Shown: positions 50,993 to 56,909 of the stretch, one piece after another | How positions within the stretch are numbered: position 1 is the first letter of the stretch | Layout: each line of letters starts with the position of its first letter | Translations under genes and position numbers: made by a program | Notes under the pieces: generated by a model | What the model was told of the DNA's origin: nothing | The model's input: only the letters and a program-made list of their open reading frames with translations | The model's database searches: none | Source: Candidatus Thorarchaeota archaeon | GTDB taxonomy: Archaea; Asgardarchaeota; Thorarchaeia; Thorarchaeales; Thorarchaeaceae | Length of the DNA: 56,909 nucleotides | Assembly (NCBI GenBank): GCA_048884965.1 | Contig: JBHLQH010000022.1 | Location: 1 to 56,909 of the forward strand | Reading direction: 5' to 3'

Positions 50993-51527
50993 CGGGCAGG
51001 TTCACTACTGGGGTACTAGTATGTGGCCGCCACATCTCGTTGAAAGAACCATCTCTATCGCCAAAGAGAATGGCTATATTGCACCATCTGTGGAAGAACC
51101 ACCCTATCATATGATGGCACGTTTCATTGAGGTAGACTTGATACCAGTGGCGAAGTATCACGGTCTGGGACTAACTACTTTCGAAGCCCTTGCTACCGGT
51201 TTGTTCACAGGCAAATATATGAATGACACACCGATAGGTAGTAGAAATGACACCTTTCAGAAATTTCCCGAAGAAGTCACAGAAAGATATGCTAGAATCC
51301 TTCCAGGATTGAAGGATCTTGCAGACTCAATAGGGATTGGTATGAATCACCTTGCAATAGCTTGGACTCTTAGACTACCCGAGATATCCTCATCAATAAT
51401 GGGAGCAAGACTACCTGAACAAGTGCGTTCGAATGTAGAAGCCACTGATGTCATTCTCTCCAATGAAACACTAGAAAGGATAGAAGAGATTCTGGCTAAC
51501 AAACCCCGTATCTTCTATAGTCAATAA
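50952..51527 (+). pseudogene. 5'-truncated aldo/keto reductase (Kv-beta/Tas-like)
   Basis: The C-terminal half is intact (GQVHYWGTSMW, LATGLFTGKY, LAIAWTL, IMGAR.PEQV..N). The N-terminal part carrying the catalytic Asp/Tyr/Lys/His is absent, with no room for it before the divergent kinase. Confidence 0.75.
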
Positions 51528-51556
51528 TCAATCGACAGATTCGATGAAGGCACTAT

Positions 51557-51916
51557 CTACTTCCAATAGTGGTAACCTACCGTTATCCATGAGATTGCTA
51601 TCATGGCAATGAAGAGGATGAATAAGAGGAGAGGAGCCTCAATTACTATCAATCCAAGCTGGATGAATAGTGCTAAGAATGGCATTACTAAAATCATGAA
51701 TACGAATGCATTGCTGGCACCAAGTCTGAACAACTGGATCGTTCTTTCATCTTTTTTTTCATCAAACTTAGTCGCTTTGCTGACAAGGAGCGTAATAGCC
51801 AAAGCAAAATACGAAGCTACTAGAAGATATGCCTTGTCAGGTATGATCCACACGATAAATAATGAGAAGACTACTACAAAAGTCAAAATGCACATCCATT
51901 CCACAATTCGTTTCAT
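51557..51916 (-). CDS. DUF2178-like membrane protein
   Basis: KKDERT.......ASNAF motif between TMs; directly follows an XRE gene, a common pairing. Confidence 0.75.
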   Translation of the reverse strand: MKRIVEWMCILTFVVVFSLFIVWIIPDKAYLLVASYFALAITLLVSKATKFDEKKDERTIQLFRLGASNAFVFMILVMPFLALFIQLGLIVIEAPLLLFILFIAMIAISWITVGYHYWK

Positions 51917-51917
51917 A

Positions 51918-52145
51918 TCACATCCCCCTGTATTCGAATAACTCCTCAATAGAAACTGACAGTGCTCTGGAGAGCTTGAAAGCAAGTTCTAGGGAAGGAT
52001 TGTATGTACCTTTTTCGATTGCTATCATTGTTTGACGAGTCACACCAACCTTCTTTCCCAATCCTTCTTGAGTCCAGGATGAGGAATCCTTGGATTCACT
52101 CATTCGCTTCTCTCGGAATTCACGCACCCGGTTGGTTATCATCAT
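51918..52145 (-). CDS. XRE/Cro-C1 HTH transcriptional regulator
   Basis: NRVREFR...WTQEGLGKKVGVTRQTMIAIEKGTYNPSLELAFKLSRAL..SIEELF. Confidence 0.93.
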   Translation of the reverse strand: MMITNRVREFREKRMSESKDSSSWTQEGLGKKVGVTRQTMIAIEKGTYNPSLELAFKLSRALSVSIEELFEYRGM

Positions 52146-52154
52146 AACACCACA

Positions 52155-52190
52155 ATGTAAAGTATACTATACGTATAATTAACTTTACAT
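52155..52190. promoter_or_regulatory. Probable autoregulatory operator of the XRE regulator
   Basis: Outer inverted repeat atgtaaagt (52155-52163) / actttacat (52182-52190), formed by two imperfect GTAAAG-N4-CTTTAC boxes; about 10 nt upstream of the xre start. Confidence 0.65.
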
Positions 52191-52271
52191 ATAATCTTTT
52201 CTAATGGTTTCATTGTCAACATGATTGATTGCACAAGTCCATGTTAATGAGATAGTAAAGAGAGTTGCAAC

Positions 52272-53861
52272 TTGAAAGAGATGGAGCACACCCTGAGCAT
52301 GATCGAATGTCCAAGTCAGACAAGTCGATTAAGGGATGTCATCCGATATATGCAATCAATGATATACAGAATCCGTCATCTTAGAGTTTTCTTTAGAATC
52401 TGGATATTCTCAACTTTGAACAGACCCAAAGATTCGCAGAAATTGAGGATCATGCATATACAAAACTTGCAGGTGCCATTCTTGAATGGATTTAGACATC
52501 TCTATGATTTGATTGGTGACTTCTTGCGGTATGGAGATTATGATTCAGCGAATAGTCTATCTCTAAGAGCCATCCCAGCCGCTCAAACCTTCAATGACCT
52601 ACTCGCTGAAGCGACTGCCCAATCAATTCAAGCTAGTATCCTGTACAAGCAAGGCAACCCTTCTAAGGCAGAGAACATTGCCCTTCAAGCACTGAAGCTA
52701 ATGTGCAAAGGTCGTGACTTAGTTGGAGTTGCGCGTGTGACCTTCATCTTAGCTCAAATTTCATATAGTAAAAGCGACTTCAAGAATGCTATTCGACTCT
52801 TTGAAAAGTCCATCCAATTATATGCACGCACACATGATACGAACAGTGTCCTTCAAGGCATGTCGGAATTAAGTGCAGTCTATGTAGCAATTGGACAATA
52901 TCCCCGTGCACGCAAGATTCTAGATTTCTTACTAAGACAGCGAAGAAGACTTAGTGAGAAGGAGATGACCTTCATTACCTATGATTATGCAGATCTAAGC
53001 ATAATGACAGGAGACCTAGAAACAGCTACAAGAATGACTCTTGAATGCAGAAGACTATCAAGAAAACTAGGTTTTCGACCAATGGAAGCAGCAGCACTTG
53101 CACTGCAAGGAAAGGTCGAGGAATTTGCTGGCACTCCGCACATTGCCATTGAATTGATGAATGAGAGCATCGCAATTCAGGACAGCATTAAGAACAAAGA
53201 AATCCTTCTAGATGTTCTTTGTCATCTTGGTCATCTGTATATCTCCATGAGTGAATTCGAGAAAGCAAAAGCTTCTCTCATACGCGCGAGGGAAGTAGCT
53301 GAGGAAGACGGTCATGAAAATCTCATAGCACAATGCGATCTTTATGATATTGAGTACAGACTTCAAAAAAGAGACCTCGATGGCCTTGACCTCCTGCTGG
53401 ATACTGTTGCTGAAAAGGTATCTACACTTGATGATCCAACGATGATGAACCTCATTCAATTAAACAGAATCGAGTTCTTGGTTTTAAATGAAGAATATAT
53501 AGAGGCAGAGGAGGATATTGAAACTCTCATCTCAAATGCCCGCGCAGAGAACGCGAAACTTACGGAATTGCAGGTTCTGGTTGTAAAAGCTGCTTTGGAA
53601 ACAAAATTAGGCGCGTTCGATACCGCATCTATCATTCTGGATGAATGTTTAAACGAGTCATCTCAACGAGGACTTACACACTTCTTTCTAGATGCAAGTA
53701 GGCTCAAAGAGAGAGTCCTAGTCTTGAAATCGACCACGTCTATATATGATCAAGCAGACAGAATAAAGGACGAAGATGAAACGAAACAGGAACTTACTTC
53801 GGAGGAGATAGCAGCGTATATCTCTCGTGCTAAGAGTGTCATTGCGTCGCTTGAATCGTAG
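52272..53861 (+). CDS. Tetratricopeptide repeat protein (MalT-like TPRs)
   Basis: Successive helical repeats (A.I.Y.QG...KA....QAL; LAQISY...DFKNAIRLFEKS; LGHLY....EFEKA...L.RA). True start probably further downstream. Confidence 0.78.
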   Translation: MKEMEHTLSMIECPSQTSRLRDVIRYMQSMIYRIRHLRVFFRIWIFSTLNRPKDSQKLRIMHIQNLQVPFLNGFRHLYDLIGDFLRYGDYDSANSLSLRAIPAAQTFNDLLAEATAQSIQASILYKQGNPSKAENIALQALKLMCKGRDLVGVARVTFILAQISYSKSDFKNAIRLFEKSIQLYARTHDTNSVLQGMSELSAVYVAIGQYPRARKILDFLLRQRRRLSEKEMTFITYDYADLSIMTGDLETATRMTLECRRLSRKLGFRPMEAAALALQGKVEEFAGTPHIAIELMNESIAIQDSIKNKEILLDVLCHLGHLYISMSEFEKAKASLIRAREVAEEDGHENLIAQCDLYDIEYRLQKRDLDGLDLLLDTVAEKVSTLDDPTMMNLIQLNRIEFLVLNEEYIEAEEDIETLISNARAENAKLTELQVLVVKAALETKLGAFDTASIILDECLNESSQRGLTHFFLDASRLKERVLVLKSTTSIYDQADRIKDEDETKQELTSEEIAAYISRAKSVIASLES

Positions 53862-54055
53862 ACACATATTCCAGCATGGCCTACCAACAAGGTAAATAGC
53901 TTGTCCCCAGAGTAATAAAATGCAGAATGCTACGAACATAATATGTGAAGACTGCAGAAATCTTTTCGTAAACCGAAGAATCCACTGAAAGTAAGAAAGG
54001 TTAACTTCCTAACCAGATAGTAACATCTATAGATGGTACTAATTAACATAGAAAT

Positions 54056-55909
54056 ATGGCATCAGCTGAATCCATCTTCAAGCGATATCTTGGAGTTGAG
54101 ACTGCAGGAGGAGCTTCATGGCATCCAAGCAGTACCAAGATTGCATTCGTATATGATGCGCCAGGATTCTACCAGATATTCACAACTGAGATCGATGAAG
54201 GAAGAACTATCTGGCCGAATCGCATCACTTTTGAAAATGATCGATGTACAGAAGTGAAATACCTCTCAGATGGCTCGCTCATCTTCTCAATGGATGCTGG
54301 CGGAAATGAGAATTTTCAAATTGGACATGTGAGCAATCGTGGTGAGCTAAAGTGGATAACAACTGATCTTGATGCCAAGCACCGGATTAGTCATGTTGAT
54401 GATTCAGGCTTCTACTATCTTGCGAATATAGAGGACAAAGCACGACTTGATATCTACAGGCATAGAGTCCCTATTGAAGGTAATACTCCTGAACTACTCA
54501 TTAGGCCGAAGAGTGGCGTTTTCTCTTTGCAGGCAACATCAGAATCCGGTTCATTTGCTTTGATTCAGCAAGCTGAAGGAAATGCAAAACAGAATCTTTT
54601 CCTTTTGAATTTGAGAACAATGAAGTTGATACCTCTAACTGCTTCCATTAACAAACGAGATACCCGTTGGCAAGCCATAAAATTCCTAGACGATACGCAT
54701 TTCCTAGTAAACACTGATCATAAATCTGATTTCAAAAGACTAGCAGTTCTTTCTGCAGATGCAGGATTTCATACATACGATGTAATTGAAAGAAGCTTCC
54801 AATCCTCATGTGAAACTGCTGTAGCATCGAAGGGATCAGAATATGTTTACTTCGCCTTGAATGAAGAAGGATATAATCGCGTTTTTAGAGGACGCTTCAA
54901 AAAGTCATCACTATCCGAAGTCAATGAGATACGTCTTCCCATGAGAGGAGTGATCAATTCAGGTGATCAGCGTTCATTTTCCAAGGGAATGTCCCTCTCC
55001 CCAGATGGAAATAAGCTAGCCATATCCATCAGTACTTCTGTTGAATCCTCAAATGTATGGATTGTCAATACTCAGACCATGAATACATGGAAGGCCACAA
55101 ATTCTCAGATGATGGGATTAAGTCCCAGTGATTTTTCCTCTGAGACATTGCTAAGATTCGATAGTTTTGATGGCCTGAGCGTCCCGTATTTCCGTTACCT
55201 TCCAAAGGGAGATATGCCAAAGAATGGATGGCCTGCACTGTTCATTATTCATGGAGGTCCAGAGGCACAGATACGTCCGGAATTCAATCCAGTGATACAG
55301 TTCTATCTAAGCGCAGGATATGCTGTAGTTACCCCCAATATTAGAGGCAGCACAGGGTATGGCAGACGGTACATGGACCTTGATAATATCGAGAAGAGAT
55401 TAGATTCGATAAAAGACATTGCTCAGCTGTACCACCACATCAAAGAACATGATTCTAAAATAGATTCTTCAAGGATCGTCATTTACGGAGGAAGCTATGG
55501 GGGATTTGCTGTCCTCTCATCAATTACAGAATTTCCAGATCTCTGGGCTGCTGCTGTAGATATTGTAGGAATATCGAATTTTGTTACGTTTCTTCAGAAT
55601 ACTGCAAAATGGAGACGGACCCTACGAGAATCTGAATATGGAAGTCTTGAAACTCATGTGGAGGTTCTCAAGAAGATAAGTCCTATTCATAAGGTCAATC
55701 GGATTCTATGTCCACTCTTCATTATCCAAGGCGACAATGATGAGCGAGTACCTCTATCAGAATCGATACAGATTTACGAAATGGTCAAGGCAAAAGGGAT
55801 TCCTGTTGAGATGATGCGCTTTGCTGACGAAGGACATGGTCTCTCCAAGCTTTCAAATAGAATCAAAGCCTATAGTCGAGTTGTTGAATGGCTCAAAGAA
55901 ATCGTCTGA
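54056..55909 (+). CDS. S9 family peptidase (acylaminoacyl/dipeptidyl peptidase)
   Basis: IHGGPE, NIRGSTGYG, GGSYGG (catalytic Ser), GDNDERVP (Asp) and DEGH (His); N-terminal propeller. Confidence 0.93.
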   Translation: MASAESIFKRYLGVETAGGASWHPSSTKIAFVYDAPGFYQIFTTEIDEGRTIWPNRITFENDRCTEVKYLSDGSLIFSMDAGGNENFQIGHVSNRGELKWITTDLDAKHRISHVDDSGFYYLANIEDKARLDIYRHRVPIEGNTPELLIRPKSGVFSLQATSESGSFALIQQAEGNAKQNLFLLNLRTMKLIPLTASINKRDTRWQAIKFLDDTHFLVNTDHKSDFKRLAVLSADAGFHTYDVIERSFQSSCETAVASKGSEYVYFALNEEGYNRVFRGRFKKSSLSEVNEIRLPMRGVINSGDQRSFSKGMSLSPDGNKLAISISTSVESSNVWIVNTQTMNTWKATNSQMMGLSPSDFSSETLLRFDSFDGLSVPYFRYLPKGDMPKNGWPALFIIHGGPEAQIRPEFNPVIQFYLSAGYAVVTPNIRGSTGYGRRYMDLDNIEKRLDSIKDIAQLYHHIKEHDSKIDSSRIVIYGGSYGGFAVLSSITEFPDLWAAAVDIVGISNFVTFLQNTAKWRRTLRESEYGSLETHVEVLKKISPIHKVNRILCPLFIIQGDNDERVPLSESIQIYEMVKAKGIPVEMMRFADEGHGLSKLSNRIKAYSRVVEWLKEIV

Positions 55910-55971
55910 CACTACATGATTAGTCAAAGTTAAGAAGAGGTATTGTAATCAAAGAACAGAGTTGGAAATAC

Positions 55972-56580
55972 ATGAAACGTTCATTTGTTGCACTGCTCCT
56001 CGTATTGCTATTACCCACACCTGTGCTTGGTGTCACATTTGATCCAACAACTTACGTCGATGATGGAGTAGCAGTCACAGTCTACATTCAAGCCAACACA
56101 CCATGGTCAGCTCCCTTCAACGAAATAGTGAACGTTTCAGTGGGTGTAGCTCCACTTGCCGCTGCTATACTGGAGGTCAACATAACAAGCATAGAGCTAA
56201 TAGTTGCTTCCGAAGAGGCGGATGGTTCAGATTTCTTGATCATTGATTCAGCAGATAGAAGTGGAACCCCTCTTGCCACGGGAACGTCCTATGCGAACTA
56301 CTCGACAAGTCTTCAGCTATCAGGAACGAGTCATGGTCTCGATTGCTATTTTGCCATCATGGTATCGGGTAACTATGGCAATGGAACCTACCAGGACTTC
56401 TTTCAAGCTCTCTCACCAGACACTCTTGCTGGTCCATTCATCATATCTGCAAGCATTCAATCCCCCATCGTATGGGTTGGCTTAATCATCCTGGGGGTAT
56501 CTGGAGTAATCTTCGTTGCAGGTATCTATGGTGTAAAGAAGAGCAGAAAGAGAAGCAGAAGACGTCATCTTGAAGATTGA
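55972..56580 (+). CDS. Hypothetical secreted protein with C-terminal TM and basic tail
   Basis: Signal peptide MKRSFVALLLVLLLPTPVLG; TM followed by KKSRKRSRRR. Confidence 0.72.
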   Translation: MKRSFVALLLVLLLPTPVLGVTFDPTTYVDDGVAVTVYIQANTPWSAPFNEIVNVSVGVAPLAAAILEVNITSIELIVASEEADGSDFLIIDSADRSGTPLATGTSYANYSTSLQLSGTSHGLDCYFAIMVSGNYGNGTYQDFFQALSPDTLAGPFIISASIQSPIVWVGLIILGVSGVIFVAGIYGVKKSRKRSRRRHLED

Positions 56581-56648
56581 CCAAATTGAATTACCTCATG
56601 CGGTTAACTCATATAGGAATGAATCTGGCTTCACAATAGTTGATTATC

Positions 56649-56909
56649 ATGACCAATGATGAGATGAAGTGGGATTTGGCACAACTCGTCGAGTTCGATG
56701 ATCCGGGATGGATCGAAGAACGGATGAGTGCTGCAGTAAAGGAGTCAGAGGATTTCCGTGAGAAGTTTCGCGGGAAGATTGAGCATTTTACTGCGCTACA
56801 AGTCAAGGAACTCCTTGAAACCATTGATGATTTAAGATTACGATATGAAGGTGCATTCAAGTATGCCAACTTAGCATACTCTGCAGATAACACACAAGAC
56901 GTCAACAAG
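56649..56909 (+). CDS. Oligoendopeptidase F (M3B) family, 5' end only; runs off the window
   Basis: Hand translation MTNDEMKWDLAQLVEFDDPGWIEERMSAAVKESEDFREKFRGKI...YANLAYSADNT matches the PepF N-terminal WDL..L ... YA.L..S.D pattern. Open to the window end. Confidence 0.75.
   Translation, partial: MTNDEMKWDLAQLVEFDDPGWIEERMSAAVKESEDFREKFRGKIEHFTALQVKELLETIDDLRLRYEGAFKYANLAYSADNTQDVNK

Noticed and set aside
56609-56908. 99-aa minus-strand ORF at the window end
   Set aside because: It is antisense to the PepF-like plus-strand reading frame starting at 56649.

Overview
Gene-dense archaeal chromosomal window. It most likely comes from an Asgard archaeon (Thorarchaeia-like); this is inferred from a profilin-like ORF, a membrane-anchored PCI-like ORF, GGR, TrmB, a tandem Lrp/AsnC regulator and many C-terminally anchored surface proteins. 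About 48 CDS are supportable. They include a LipS2-type radical SAM with a lipoate ligase, GGR, agmatinase, a BMP/Nup nucleoside ABC system, pirin, hemerythrin, SDRs, a Cys/Met PLP lyase, an Ntn-asparaginase, a bacterial-type NAD-dependent DNA ligase, a 2154-aa Ca-binding surface protein, an orphan multi-TM histidine kinase and S9/M3 peptidases. I saw no rRNA, tRNA, CRISPR array or transposase. The standout candidate for an undescribed system is a three-gene operon at 22160-25039. It encodes a pyruvoyl AdoMet decarboxylase (SpeD/SpeH), a receptor-like single-pass membrane protein whose cytoplasmic part is a branched-chain polyamine synthase (BpsA/DUF43)-like aminopropyltransferase, and a GNAT acetyltransferase. 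Together these could form a membrane-coupled aminopropyl/polyamine 'write and erase' signalling or modification module. All family assignments come from motif recognition by eye, not database searches.
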